A stretch of DNA of 64,000 bases from Bacteroidota bacterium (GTDB taxonomy: Bacteria; Bacteroidota; Bacteroidia; Cytophagales; Cyclobacteriaceae). Position 1 is the first letter of the stretch. The number at the start of each line of letters is the position of its first letter. A program made the position numbers and the translations under genes. The notes below the pieces were generated by a model. It had not been told where the DNA came from. It made no database searches and saw nothing but the letters and a program-made list of their open reading frames with translations. Positions 50,269 through 60,990 of this stretch are shown piece after piece. The stretch spans positions 500,361-564,360 of the forward strand of contig JAFDYV010000003.1 of the NCBI GenBank assembly GCA_018267275.1. Reading direction: 5' to 3'.

Positions 50269-51228
50269 ATGACACACCGCCTCACACTTACAGAAGTAGA
50301 AAACGCGCATCGCGCCATAGACCCGGTTTTTTTGAACACCCCTCAATATGAGTGTGAGCCATTGAGTCAGCATTTGGGTTGTCGTTTGATATTGAAGATT
50401 GAGACGATGAACCCGATCCGTTCTTTTAAAGGGCGTGGTGCTGATTGGTTATTGTATAAATCTACTGAAAGCCAAATAATCTGTGCGAGTGCCGGAAACT
50501 TTGGCCAAGCTGTCGCTTACTCCTGTCGTAAGAAAAAAGTAAAGTGCACCGTGTATGCCAGCACCACTGCCAATGCTTTTAAAGTGCAACGCATGAGAGA
50601 TTTGGGTGCAGAAGTGATTTTGTTTGGAGACGACTTTGACACTGCTAAGCAAGAGGCTAAACGGGTAGCGGCAGTAAACAATGTTCGCTTTGTAGAAGAC
50701 AGCAACGATATTGAAACATTGGCAGGCGCTGGCACGATGGGTTTGGAATTGTTGAAGCTTCCCTTTGCGTTGGATGCATTGCTGGTGCCTTTGGGCAACG
50801 GTGCACTGTTAAATGGATTAGCTCGCATAATAAAAGAACGCAGCCCAAAAACAAAAATGATTGCGGTGCAGGCAGCGGGGGCTCCGGCCATGGTGGAGTC
50901 TTGGCAGCAAGGAAAACTGGTAGCGCACGAAAAAGTGAGCACAATAGCCGATGGCATTGCCGTGCGCCTTCCTGTGGCGCAGGCGTTGACTGATATGAAA
51001 GAGTTGGTAGATGATGCACTATTGGTGCAAGAGCAAACTATCATCCGCGCGATGAAGTTATTGCACACACAGGCTGGCATCTTAAGCGAGCCTTCAGGCG
51101 CTGTGGGGGTGGCAGCACTTTTAGAAAACAAAAAAATGTTTTCAAATCAAACAGTCGCCACCATCCTCTGCGGAAGCAATTTAACAGAGGAGCAGATTAA
51201 CACGTGGATAACGGACACTAGATACTAG
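50269..51228 (+). CDS. PLP-dependent threonine/serine dehydratase family protein (no regulatory domain)
   Basis: LKIETMNPIRSFKGRGA, SAGNFGQ, VPLGNGAL, TIADGIAV, EPSGA, CGSN. Confidence 0.88.
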   Translation: MTHRLTLTEVENAHRAIDPVFLNTPQYECEPLSQHLGCRLILKIETMNPIRSFKGRGADWLLYKSTESQIICASAGNFGQAVAYSCRKKKVKCTVYASTTANAFKVQRMRDLGAEVILFGDDFDTAKQEAKRVAAVNNVRFVEDSNDIETLAGAGTMGLELLKLPFALDALLVPLGNGALLNGLARIIKERSPKTKMIAVQAAGAPAMVESWQQGKLVAHEKVSTIADGIAVRLPVAQALTDMKELVDDALLVQEQTIIRAMKLLHTQAGILSEPSGAVGVAALLENKKMFSNQTVATILCGSNLTEEQINTWITDTRY

Positions 51229-51257
51229 CATCTAGTATCTAGCACCCAGCATCCAGT
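51218..51257. repeat. 7-bp tandem repeat array with perfect 11-bp hairpin
   Basis: ctagatactag-cat-ctagtatctag then agcaccc agcatcc; overlaps the dehydratase stop codon. Confidence 0.7.
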
Positions 51258-51258
51258 T

Positions 51259-52665
51259 TTAAATCTTTACACCCTTCCACTTGCCTCTTCTGAAAACAAT
51301 AATCCCAGCCACGGCCATCAATGATTCTGCCAAGGCTATTGCAATAAAAACTCCTTTGGCCTCCCAGCCCAATTCAATGGCAACAAAGTAGGCGAACGGA
51401 ATTTGGAACACCCAAAACCCGAGCACATTTAAAATGGTTGGCGTGTAGGTGTCGCCCGCTCCGTTCAACGCTTGCATCACCACCATGCCATAACCATAAA
51501 ATACATAACCGAGACTAACATATCGTAAGGCTTGTACTCCATAGGCCAACACTTCTTCTTGTTGTGTGAAAATCCCGATGATCCACGGTGCTGCTGTCAA
51601 AAACAAAATCATTACCAGCACCATAAAAAATGCATTGTAGTAAGCCGCTCGCCACACAGAAGTTTCTGCCCGCTCGGGCTGTTGGGCTCCCAAGTTTTGT
51701 CCCACCAACGTAGCGCCTGCGTTAGCCAATCCCCACGAGGGTAACAGCGTGAAAATGAAAATCCGTATCGCGGTGGTGTAACCAGCCACGGCATTGTCGC
51801 CAAAGTTGCTCATCAGTTTCATTAAAAAAATCCAGCTTGCCGAGCCAATAATAAACTGTAAAATGCTACCGCCCGATACCTTTACTACATTCAAAATAAT
51901 GGCGCCATTGATAGCAAGCTTATCGATGCCTAGCTTGATGATACTTTTGCCATTCAACAAAAAGTACAATTGAAACAGCACGCCCACGCCCCGGCCAATG
52001 TTGGTGGCAATGGCGGCACCTTCTACACCCATGGAAGGAATCGGTCCCCAACCGAAAATAAAAATGGGATCCAAAATCATATTGAGGATGTTCGCCAACA
52101 AAAGTGATTTCATGGCAATGGCGGCATTGCCTGCGCCTCTAAAAACTGCGTTGATTAAGAATAGAAGTGTAACCGTGTAGTTACCTGTGAACATCCAAAA
52201 GGCATAACCGGAACTCGAATTCAACACCGCTTGCGAGGCGCCCATCAACGCCAAAATTTCTTTGTAGTAAAAAAAACCAATCACGCTGATCACAAAAGCA
52301 ATAGCCAACGCAAGATAGATTGCCTGTACTGCAGCGATGCTTGCTCCTTTAAAATCCTTTTCGCCCACCCTGCGTGCTACAATGGCGGTAGCTCCCATGC
52401 CCAAGCCCATGGCCAAAGAATACAAAATACTAAGAACTGATTCGGTATAACCGACCGCAGCCACCGCATCGCTACTATTGAGTTTGCTAACAAAGAAGAT
52501 ATCCACTACCGCGAAAATGGACTCCATGCCCATCTCCACAATCATGGGAATCGCCAACAGAAAAATTGCACGATTGATGCTGCCTTCGGTGAAGTTCTGT
52601 TCTTCACCTTTTATGGCCTTTATGAATAATCGAAAAATAGAATCTTTTTGAGTTGAAGCTGTCAT
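51259..52665 (-). CDS. MATE family efflux transporter
   Basis: About 12 TM; LAIPMIVE, VDIFFVSKL..DAVAAVG, FRGAGNA, NMILDPIFIFG, GAAIAT; ATG at 52665 preferred. Confidence 0.92.
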   Translation of the reverse strand: MTASTQKDSIFRLFIKAIKGEEQNFTEGSINRAIFLLAIPMIVEMGMESIFAVVDIFFVSKLNSSDAVAAVGYTESVLSILYSLAMGLGMGATAIVARRVGEKDFKGASIAAVQAIYLALAIAFVISVIGFFYYKEILALMGASQAVLNSSSGYAFWMFTGNYTVTLLFLINAVFRGAGNAAIAMKSLLLANILNMILDPIFIFGWGPIPSMGVEGAAIATNIGRGVGVLFQLYFLLNGKSIIKLGIDKLAINGAIILNVVKVSGGSILQFIIGSASWIFLMKLMSNFGDNAVAGYTTAIRIFIFTLLPSWGLANAGATLVGQNLGAQQPERAETSVWRAAYYNAFFMVLVMILFLTAAPWIIGIFTQQEEVLAYGVQALRYVSLGYVFYGYGMVVMQALNGAGDTYTPTILNVLGFWVFQIPFAYFVAIELGWEAKGVFIAIALAESLMAVAGIIVFRRGKWKGVKI

Positions 52666-52888
52666 TTGGTTTGAATAAAATAATGTAACACATGACCCAT
52701 CGGGGCCACCATTAAAGTTTCGGCAAGAAATTGAATAACATCCCACATCCAAAGAAATTTGGATTGCCAAATGGGAATGTTAGAATGCAAGCTTCATCGG
52801 CTGTAAAATTATTGAGTTCAAATATCACGAATAACGTTGAATAAAGTTTCAAAGTTGGTCGAGAAATTTCAACAAAAACTCTTTCGGG

Positions 52889-55800
52889 TTACTTAGCCAA
52901 AACGAGCTTTCCTTGTTGGATGTAGTTTTTACCGGCCACCAAAACACTGAGCTTGTAGATGTAAAATCCGTTGGGCATGGCATTTCCATCTTCATCTCGG
53001 CCATCCCAAGCTAACTGGTTAATGCCGACTCGGAAGAGATCAACATCTTGGGTGGCAAACGTCTGAAGTCTTCGTCCATCAAGTGTAAAAATCTGGAGCG
53101 AAAATTCGGAGGGTAGTTCGCTGCCACTCAGAATAAAGTTGAAGTAAAAGCGATCGCCCGAAGGATTGGGAAATACACTACGCAATTCCAACGCATTCAC
53201 TTCTGCAACTCTAAAAGTCACTTCATAGGGTCGGCTACCCGCGCTGTTGCCGGAGGCATCTTGCGCTTGCACGCGCAACAAATAAGTGCCTGCCGCTAAT
53301 GCAATCGGATTAAAGTTTACGGTAAACTCAGATTGCGCGGTCGCTGCCGACCAATTGATGTCAGGCCTTGAAAAATAAATCGGTTGAAAACTGCAATTGG
53401 CACAATCTGCCTTCAAAAAAATGCTTATGCCCGTAGTATCAGATTTGAATAAGAACTTGTTTTCATCTTTCAATACAATCAGCACTTTTGGATTGGGTGA
53501 AACAAAGTCGTTATTCACCAATTGGCGGCCGTCCACCAACACCTCCAACACTGGCGGTGTGTTGTCGCGCTGTACATTCATAAACTGTGATAACAACAAC
53601 GCGTTGTTGTCATAGTAAACTTCTGGAAGCACGCGCGGGTTGGCAAAAACTGACACATCATTTATACCCACCTTTCCACGGGTCGATAACTGTACATCAA
53701 ATTTTGTGCTGTCGCCAGGTTTGGGTGCAGCTATCACCAACATCGGTTGGCGCGGTAGGTTTGCAGCCTGAGAAACTGCCTGGGCATCGACTTGAATTTG
53801 GCCTCCAAAATTTTTTGAAGAGATATTGACAAAAGCAAAGGCAAGTGATACCGACTGCCCCTCTTGCACAGTAAAGGGACTCACGTTTCCGCGATAGACC
53901 AAAATTCCTTCAGCTACCGATTCGTAGGTTACAAACCACTTTTTCAATTCAACGGGCGTGAGGTTAATGAGGTCTTGCATTTTTAAAACCACTCGAAGCA
54001 ATGGATACTTACTCGCATCGACAGTAGAGAGTGAGGTAGCATTTACGATGTTGTCAAACAGTAAGCTCTCCCGTCCATTTAAGTCCACACCATATACTTG
54101 GAAATAAAATGAATCCCCTGGCGCTGCCTGCGTAATCTGAGGAACGAAGTTGAACCACTTGTTCGCGGGGCCAATCAATGGCGACTTCAAAATGCCATTT
54201 GAAAAACGAGCCGATACTTGTCGATTCACCACCAACGATTGTTGAACAGCTGGTGACGTAGCCGTGCGGAAAACCCGGGCGGTGCCAGCGGCTGCACCCT
54301 TGCGACCAAAAATCACTAACGGTTCACCATCTTGTAGTGCAGACCATTGCGAAAGATCAATTCCAAGCTCTGTAAGTTTATTTTTCAAATTAGCCGACCA
54401 AGTTGAATACAATGGGTTGCCAATTGAAAATAGTACTACTGAATCACTTTGGTTCAAATTTGAAATAGCCGCAATCAAGTCATCTCCTACCGCTGATTCC
54501 ATTTCCGACAAGGCAAAACTGTTGATCACCTGTGGCTCGCGCCCACACGTGCGCGGGTCTTGAAAATTGAACGGTATGCCCGCATAGGGAACGCCCGTGT
54601 TCTTATCGAAAGCAATCATGTTAATAGTATTGTTTCGACAGGGCTGCCCCTGGGTACCCAAATTGTATTCGATGTTGTTGATCTTTACCGATGTAGTAGT
54701 ACTCGGAGTGTAATTGCTACCATAAGCAGTAACAGACACGGGTATCACAGTCTCCAAGTATTTGAGTTTTCGTTCTTGCGCATCCTTTAATATTCCCTCT
54801 ACACCATTTTCCAGCAACTGCGGAAACTGAAATTGCCCCCAACCTTCAGGGCCGTTGTTGATATAAGTAAATGAAGTGGTATTCCACTCGCTGCTTTCGC
54901 TTGAAGAGGGTTTATCCAAACGCGTGCGCCAATAATAGGTAGTGGAATCGCGTGTCAGTAAATTCAAAGATGTTTTAGCAACTACTTTTGCGTTCACAAT
55001 GGCTGATTTAAGAAATGGGCTTGAAAAGTTTGCTGTCGTGTCTAACTCAAAGCGAAAGTCTCGCTTATCGCTTACCAAGTTTGTCGATTGGAACAAAAAA
55101 TTAACGGAGGCTGAGTTAACGATTGCAAATGCGGACGGAAACAAATTTCTAGTTGCGTTGCTGGGAATCAACGTAGTGAAGACGGTGGCGTTGTTGAGTT
55201 TGTTGGTTTCGGCAATGGTGTTGGTAGGATCTAACGTAACGGTAAAAGTGTTTTGACCTCCACCACGTGGGTCACGCTTAATCTTGAACAGTAAAGTATC
55301 CTGGTTTCGCGTGCTCGGAAAAATTGAATCGTAAGTGATAGTTGAGTTATCGCTGAAGGTTCGCATTACACGAATCGGCAAAGGCTTGCCAGTAGTAGCG
55401 CCTGCGTTCTTCACTATAATCTTCAAACCAAAATTGCTACTCAACGCGGTGACAGGCGTACCATCCAACGATTGCAAAATAACTGAGTTATTATCTAACG
55501 AAAAATCAGGTTTCGCGGTCCCAAACAATTTCACTGCCGGATCGCCCAACATCATCATCTGCTGAATTTGTGTCACGCTGAAAATTGAATTGCCATACAG
55601 ATTTAAATAAATCTTGGCAACTTCTTGCTGCACCTCTCCCAATCCGCGTTGTATGAACACCGAATCCGCAAAACCTACCTGATAGAATAGTTCAGAGTAT
55701 GCTTTCAACGTATTGGCGAAACCAAACGAGGTGTGCGCAATAAAATTTCTCGCGCCTTTGTTCGATGACAAAATCCAATCTTCGCCAAATAAGGTTCCGT

Positions 55801-57967
55801 TAAGAAAAAATGCACCCGCATTGCAGCCGTTAATCAAAAACACCGGGTATTTGCCTGCATTGTTATATCCCATCACCGGATCTGATGCAAAGCCGATATC
55901 AATATCAATCGTGCCGGGCGATGAGTGCCCAAAAAAGGTGATCATATTCACACCCTTATTCACCTGATCTGCTACGTTGATCAACTGCACAGGATTGGGG
56001 TCGCGTTTGCTGATGGTGGCAACCGATGCACCCCAATAATTTGATTGTGCTATTTGTTTAAATCCGTCCACATAACTTCTAAATAACGGTAACTCAAAAG
56101 GCTGAATACCTCCGCTCAAATGCAATCCATTCTTTTTCCAAGTTTCAGCTATAGGGGCAGCTTCGGTTTCCTTTACTTTGCTGAGGTAGTTCGCCACTTG
56201 CAATGAATTGATCGCAGGTAATCGCCCGGTCGGCACCTTTGGATCAAACGTAGTTCCGCCAAGCCCTGCGGTAAAAGCCATGTCGGCACCGGGTATACCA
56301 GCCGAAGGGACAAAATCTTTCACTTCACCAACTGGAGGAGTTTTGCGTTGATAAGCAGAGTAGCCATTGATGTCGCGACCCTTTCCTATCAAAAACAAAA
56401 ACTTTGGATTACCATTCGCGACCAAGAATTTCATGCATTCATAGATCGCCAACGAAGACGTTTCACCGTAGTTGAACTGATTGTAAAGTTGGTCCATCGT
56501 CAACACCAAAGTATCGTAACTGCCGCCTTGCACACTGGCGCGATAAGCTGCGTATGCCTGCACAGGGTTGGCATAACCACCGCCTGGCTTCATCAATAAC
56601 TTATTTGAGATGATGATGAAATTAGATGCCCTGCCCGCCAGATTGCGAAAGGAAATGGGTTGAACGGTAGTTGAATTGGTTTGGCTTGCTGCAAAAATTT
56701 TTCGAGGTGCTAACGCGTTATTCAATACTGCGCTTACCGCACTACCGGCAGGCCGCGTGCCCACCATGTACACATTGTCTTTGTCCGTTACATCCCAAAG
56801 TCGCAACGAAGGTGCCGGGTTGTCGATTTCGATATACGATTTGTTGGTCGTGCTAGGATTGACGTAATAGTACTTCTCTGTAACAGCCGTACCGTTGAAG
56901 CTTTGAGGAAAAGTAACCATGGCATAACACATACTCATCTGAAAGCGGTTATTCCCCGCTGCTGATGCAGAGATGCGAATAGCGAGGGTGCCATCCGCAG
57001 CAATGTCGCTCCATTGTAGTTGTGTTGTGATAAGCTGTTTTTCGTAGCCGAAAAAGTTAAGATTGGCAACATTGCGCAAACTGTTGCCTACCAACACTTG
57101 CCCCACGTGTGGAAAGCCATCCATCCCAACCACCAGCAGTTCCAATTGCGGCTGGCCTGAGCCAGGCACTGTGTTCGTAACCAAGTTAATCACATAGTCC
57201 ACCGACTCATTTTGCCGAATGGGTTGGCCTACCCAACCTTCGCCCTGATCAAAAAAAGTATTTTGTAGTTCATCGCCTTGTTTAAAACCGCCACTGTAAT
57301 AATCAGCGGCTATCCTCATACGCTGCTCGTTGTGGCTCACCTCTTTTGGTATGTTGGTGACATTCACTTCAGAGAAAAGGTCCATTCGCTTTCCTGCAGG
57401 TGGTATGAGACGATAAGTAAGAAAATATGCTGCGGTGTCGCTGTAGAGATTGTAATAAGGATTTAGTTGGGCTGATGCAGGTTGATACAACTTTTGATCG
57501 AGGGTGCCATCGTTGCGCTTACCAAAGAACTCGATGAAATCATTGGTGTTGAACACCGCATCAGCTTCGCCCTGCACAAAAATCGCCTGCTCTACGCCAC
57601 GGTGAAAAACTTGAATCAATCGCGGGTCAACTGATCCTACAGGGAAGTTCGCGGCTTGCAAATCCGAAAACGTAATGCGATAGATGCCATCTTTGGCAAC
57701 TGGTATTTTATAATACTGCTGGTTGAAATTAATCCAACTATTGGCGGTTTGGCCGGGCGCTTGCAAGTTGGCGAGTAATGTGACTGCAAGGCACATGCTA
57801 CACGCCACAAGCTTTCTATCACCTAACCAACTACAAATTGCTTCGTTCAAAGCGCTTAAAGCTTGAGGCTTGCAGCCTAAAGCCACTGAGACGGTGCTCA
57901 TCAATTTCCTCAACAAGGCGCTAGCCATTGATCGCGTACAACACATTAAGTCTATATCCAACTTCAA
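52889..57967 (-). CDS. C25 (gingipain-family) peptidase with T9SS CTD, PorU-like/PorU2
   Basis: YYKIPV..DGIYRIT, QLYNQFNYG, LFLIGKG, GRLPA, FFGHS (His), NGCNAG (Cys), LGDPA, DNTPP, VFPNP CTD; true start is probably downstream of 57967. Confidence 0.82.
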   Translation of the reverse strand: MKLDIDLMCCTRSMASALLRKLMSTVSVALGCKPQALSALNEAICSWLGDRKLVACSMCLAVTLLANLQAPGQTANSWINFNQQYYKIPVAKDGIYRITFSDLQAANFPVGSVDPRLIQVFHRGVEQAIFVQGEADAVFNTNDFIEFFGKRNDGTLDQKLYQPASAQLNPYYNLYSDTAAYFLTYRLIPPAGKRMDLFSEVNVTNIPKEVSHNEQRMRIAADYYSGGFKQGDELQNTFFDQGEGWVGQPIRQNESVDYVINLVTNTVPGSGQPQLELLVVGMDGFPHVGQVLVGNSLRNVANLNFFGYEKQLITTQLQWSDIAADGTLAIRISASAAGNNRFQMSMCYAMVTFPQSFNGTAVTEKYYYVNPSTTNKSYIEIDNPAPSLRLWDVTDKDNVYMVGTRPAGSAVSAVLNNALAPRKIFAASQTNSTTVQPISFRNLAGRASNFIIISNKLLMKPGGGYANPVQAYAAYRASVQGGSYDTLVLTMDQLYNQFNYGETSSLAIYECMKFLVANGNPKFLFLIGKGRDINGYSAYQRKTPPVGEVKDFVPSAGIPGADMAFTAGLGGTTFDPKVPTGRLPAINSLQVANYLSKVKETEAAPIAETWKKNGLHLSGGIQPFELPLFRSYVDGFKQIAQSNYWGASVATISKRDPNPVQLINVADQVNKGVNMITFFGHSSPGTIDIDIGFASDPVMGYNNAGKYPVFLINGCNAGAFFLNGTLFGEDWILSSNKGARNFIAHTSFGFANTLKAYSELFYQVGFADSVFIQRGLGEVQQEVAKIYLNLYGNSIFSVTQIQQMMMLGDPAVKLFGTAKPDFSLDNNSVILQSLDGTPVTALSSNFGLKIIVKNAGATTGKPLPIRVMRTFSDNSTITYDSIFPSTRNQDTLLFKIKRDPRGGGQNTFTVTLDPTNTIAETNKLNNATVFTTLIPSNATRNLFPSAFAIVNSASVNFLFQSTNLVSDKRDFRFELDTTANFSSPFLKSAIVNAKVVAKTSLNLLTRDSTTYYWRTRLDKPSSSESSEWNTTSFTYINNGPEGWGQFQFPQLLENGVEGILKDAQERKLKYLETVIPVSVTAYGSNYTPSTTTSVKINNIEYNLGTQGQPCRNNTINMIAFDKNTGVPYAGIPFNFQDPRTCGREPQVINSFALSEMESAVGDDLIAAISNLNQSDSVVLFSIGNPLYSTWSANLKNKLTELGIDLSQWSALQDGEPLVIFGRKGAAAGTARVFRTATSPAVQQSLVVNRQVSARFSNGILKSPLIGPANKWFNFVPQITQAAPGDSFYFQVYGVDLNGRESLLFDNIVNATSLSTVDASKYPLLRVVLKMQDLINLTPVELKKWFVTYESVAEGILVYRGNVSPFTVQEGQSVSLAFAFVNISSKNFGGQIQVDAQAVSQAANLPRQPMLVIAAPKPGDSTKFDVQLSTRGKVGINDVSVFANPRVLPEVYYDNNALLLSQFMNVQRDNTPPVLEVLVDGRQLVNNDFVSPNPKVLIVLKDENKFLFKSDTTGISIFLKADCANCSFQPIYFSRPDINWSAATAQSEFTVNFNPIALAAGTYLLRVQAQDASGNSAGSRPYEVTFRVAEVNALELRSVFPNPSGDRFYFNFILSGSELPSEFSLQIFTLDGRRLQTFATQDVDLFRVGINQLAWDGRDEDGNAMPNGFYIYKLSVLVAGKNYIQQGKLVLAK

Positions 57968-58093
57968 AAATAGTGGTAACAGGCCACACTAGCTATTTGC
58001 CATTCAAAAATGCAAAGTCGATTTCCTTTGAAATGTAGCTTTCAAAACTCATCAAACATCACTACTTTCCAAGAAAAACGCCTCCGACACACT

Positions 58094-59554
58094 ATGAAAA
58101 CCATCTGCATCGCCTTTGCTTTTCTCTTGTCAAACCTCTCTTCGTTGCTTGCCCAAAATCTCAAAGTAACAGGCGAGAAAGACAAACAACTTGTGCTACA
58201 AGAACTCGGGAAAAAATACCCTGCTTATGCTGCCATCGCCAGGCAGATTTGGGCCAACGCAGAGTTGGGTTTTCAAGAAACAAAAAGCAGCGCGCTGTTA
58301 CAAGAAACATTGCGAAATGCAGGTTTTGAGGTAAAGGCAGGTGTAGCTGAAATGCCTACAGCTTTTGTGGCAAGTTATGGCTCGGGTAAGCCGGTGATCG
58401 GAATTTTGGCAGAGTTTGATGCCCTGCCAGGGCTTTCGCAGGACAGTGTGCCATTTAAAAAGGCTTTAATCGAAGGCAAAGCGGGGCACGCGTGCGGCCA
58501 CAACCTTTTCGGTACCGCATCATCGGCAGCTGCCATCGAATTAAAAAATTGGTTATCGAAAAACAAAAAATCAGGTACAATCAAACTATTCGGCACACCG
58601 GCCGAAGAAGGTGGTGGCGCAAAGGTTTACATGGTGCGCGATGGCTTATTCAGCGATGTAGATGCCGTGTTACACTGGCATCCCTCTAATGCGAATGATG
58701 CCAGCCCCGAATCATGTATGGCCATCAAACAAACATTGTTTCGGTTTTATGGGAAAGCCGCACATGCAGCCGCTGCACCGGAGAAGGGCCGCTCTGCGCT
58801 AGACGCGGTAGAAGCAATGAACTACATGACAAACATGATGCGCGAGCATGTGCCCTCAGATGCGCGCATCCACTACGTAATCACCAAAGGGGGATTGGCC
58901 GCCAACGTGGTGCCCGAGTTTGCCGAAGTAGAATACATGGTGCGCCACCCCAATGCTGCGGTAGTAGCAGAAATTTGGGATCGCATTGTGAAATGTGCCG
59001 AAGGTGCAGCCAATGGCACCGAAACATCAATGAAGTATGAAGTGATTTCGGGCTCGTTCAACTTGTTGCCAAACGAAACGTTGTCAAAATTGATGTTCGA
59101 TAATCTGAAAAAAGTAGGTGGTATAAACTATTCACCCTCCGAACTAGAGTTTGCTAAAAAATTGCAGAGCAGTTTTTCCTTCAAAGCACCTGACTTAGCC
59201 GAGGCGCAAAAAATTCAGCCATTTACACTGGGTGGCTTTTTCCCAGCTTCTACCGATGTAGGCGACATTACCTGGGTAGTGCCGACTGCAGGCTTAGGTA
59301 CCGCCACCTGGGTGCCGGGCGCACCTGCGCACAGTTGGCAGGCCGTTGCCACGGGAAGTACAAGTATCGGTTTGAAGGCGATGATGAACGCGGCAAAGAC
59401 CATTGCGCTTACGGGAATAGACCTGTTCAATAACCCCGAGTTATGTGAAAAGGCCAAAAAAGAGTTGAACGAAAAAACAGGTGTCGAATTCAAATACAAA
59501 TCATTGATTGGCGACCGCAAGCCTCCCTTGGACTTTAGAAAGGGGTTGAACTGA
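58094..59554 (+). CDS. M20 amidohydrolase (AbgB-like) with signal peptide
   Basis: AELGFQE, AEFDALPGLSQ, GHACGHN, GTPAEEG, HWHP, STDVGD; ATG 58094. Confidence 0.88.
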   Translation: MKTICIAFAFLLSNLSSLLAQNLKVTGEKDKQLVLQELGKKYPAYAAIARQIWANAELGFQETKSSALLQETLRNAGFEVKAGVAEMPTAFVASYGSGKPVIGILAEFDALPGLSQDSVPFKKALIEGKAGHACGHNLFGTASSAAAIELKNWLSKNKKSGTIKLFGTPAEEGGGAKVYMVRDGLFSDVDAVLHWHPSNANDASPESCMAIKQTLFRFYGKAAHAAAAPEKGRSALDAVEAMNYMTNMMREHVPSDARIHYVITKGGLAANVVPEFAEVEYMVRHPNAAVVAEIWDRIVKCAEGAANGTETSMKYEVISGSFNLLPNETLSKLMFDNLKKVGGINYSPSELEFAKKLQSSFSFKAPDLAEAQKIQPFTLGGFFPASTDVGDITWVVPTAGLGTATWVPGAPAHSWQAVATGSTSIGLKAMMNAAKTIALTGIDLFNNPELCEKAKKELNEKTGVEFKYKSLIGDRKPPLDFRKGLN

Positions 59555-59575
59555 TTGATAACTAAATCGAAAAAG

Positions 59576-60979
59576 CTATTTCGTGAAGTCGTTGTAAAAC
59601 GCAAATGCCATAATGATCAACAGAATGGCCATACCAATTTTAATCGAGTTTTCGAAAAACTTTTCAGATGGCTCTTTGCCGGAAATCATTTCGTACATCA
59701 AGAACATCACATAGCCACCGTCTAAGGCGGGTATGGGCAAGAAATTCATGAACGCCAATACCATCGAAAGCAAACCGGTCATTCGCCAAAAGCGTTCCCA
59801 ATCCCACTCGCCCCCATACATTTGGGCCATACCCACCGGGCCTGAAAGGGATTTTGTAATCGACATTTTGCCGGAGAAGATTTTACCAAAAGCTTTTATC
59901 TGTAGCCAAATCACGCCAAAGGCGCGCGCAGTGCCCATCGGTATTGACTCGAAAAACCCATATTTAGTTGTTACAAAGTCAGTCTTAGCTGGCCCCATCG
60001 GACCGAACCCAATTTGCGCTTGATCTTTGAACGGCTCTTTAAAAGTCAAAACTTGCTCTCCACGTTTGATCTTCAACGAAAGCGAATCGTGGGGCTTACT
60101 TCTGATGATAGCCGACACTTCATCGTAATACATAATCGGCTCTCCATTTACTTCCACAATTTGATCTCCCTTTTGCAAGCCAATTTTCTTTGCGACCGAA
60201 CCTTGCGCGTACTTCGACTCGTAGATCTCCCCCTTGTCATTGAAGAAAAATTCAACTTTATCCGAAATTCTTCCAACCACTGCCGGCATCCGGAAAGATA
60301 AAAATGTAGATGCCGATTCTTTTGAATTGAAGTTTTCTACAAAATTTTCCGGAATGGAAATGTTCACTTCTTTGCCATCGCGTAATACGGTATAGCTAGC
60401 ATTCTCAGACAACAATAAATCCGGCTTCGTCAAATCATCAAAATTCTGAAACTCGCTTCCATTGATCTTGATAATTCTATCACCTGTCTTCAATCCAATT
60501 TTCTGAGCTAGTTCGTGAGCATGGATGCCGCCATGTGTGTTCACATACGCTTGTGGAAGTGAAATGTCGCCAATCACATACGTAATGCCCACAAAAATCA
60601 TAATGCCCACCACAACATTCACAATGATTCCGCCCATCATTACAATCAGGCGCTGCCATGCTGGCTTAGAACGAAACTCCCAAGGTTCTGCCGGAGCTTT
60701 CATTTGTTCCTTGTCCATGCTCTCGTCTACCATGCCGGCTATTTTTACATAGCCACCCAACGGAAACCAGCCAAGGCCATATTCGGTGTCACCTTTCTTG
60801 TACTTCAACAGCGAAAAGTTCAACACGTTTGCCATGGGAAAGAGGAAGTCAAAAAAGAGATAAAACTTTTCGACTTTAATATTGAACATGCGGGCAGCAA
60901 AAAAATGACCCCACTCGTGCACCACTATCAAAATTGAAAGGCTCAACAAAAGCTGAGCCGTCATGATCATACCCTCCAT
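59576..60979 (-). CDS. rseP: RIP metalloprotease RseP
   Basis: VHEWGH, PLGGYVKIAGM, two PDZ-like regions, NFLPIPALDGG; directly downstream of dxr. Confidence 0.95.
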   Translation of the reverse strand: MEGMIMTAQLLLSLSILIVVHEWGHFFAARMFNIKVEKFYLFFDFLFPMANVLNFSLLKYKKGDTEYGLGWFPLGGYVKIAGMVDESMDKEQMKAPAEPWEFRSKPAWQRLIVMMGGIIVNVVVGIMIFVGITYVIGDISLPQAYVNTHGGIHAHELAQKIGLKTGDRIIKINGSEFQNFDDLTKPDLLLSENASYTVLRDGKEVNISIPENFVENFNSKESASTFLSFRMPAVVGRISDKVEFFFNDKGEIYESKYAQGSVAKKIGLQKGDQIVEVNGEPIMYYDEVSAIIRSKPHDSLSLKIKRGEQVLTFKEPFKDQAQIGFGPMGPAKTDFVTTKYGFFESIPMGTARAFGVIWLQIKAFGKIFSGKMSITKSLSGPVGMAQMYGGEWDWERFWRMTGLLSMVLAFMNFLPIPALDGGYVMFLMYEMISGKEPSEKFFENSIKIGMAILLIIMAFAFYNDFTK

Positions 60980-60990
60980 AGACTATTTCG

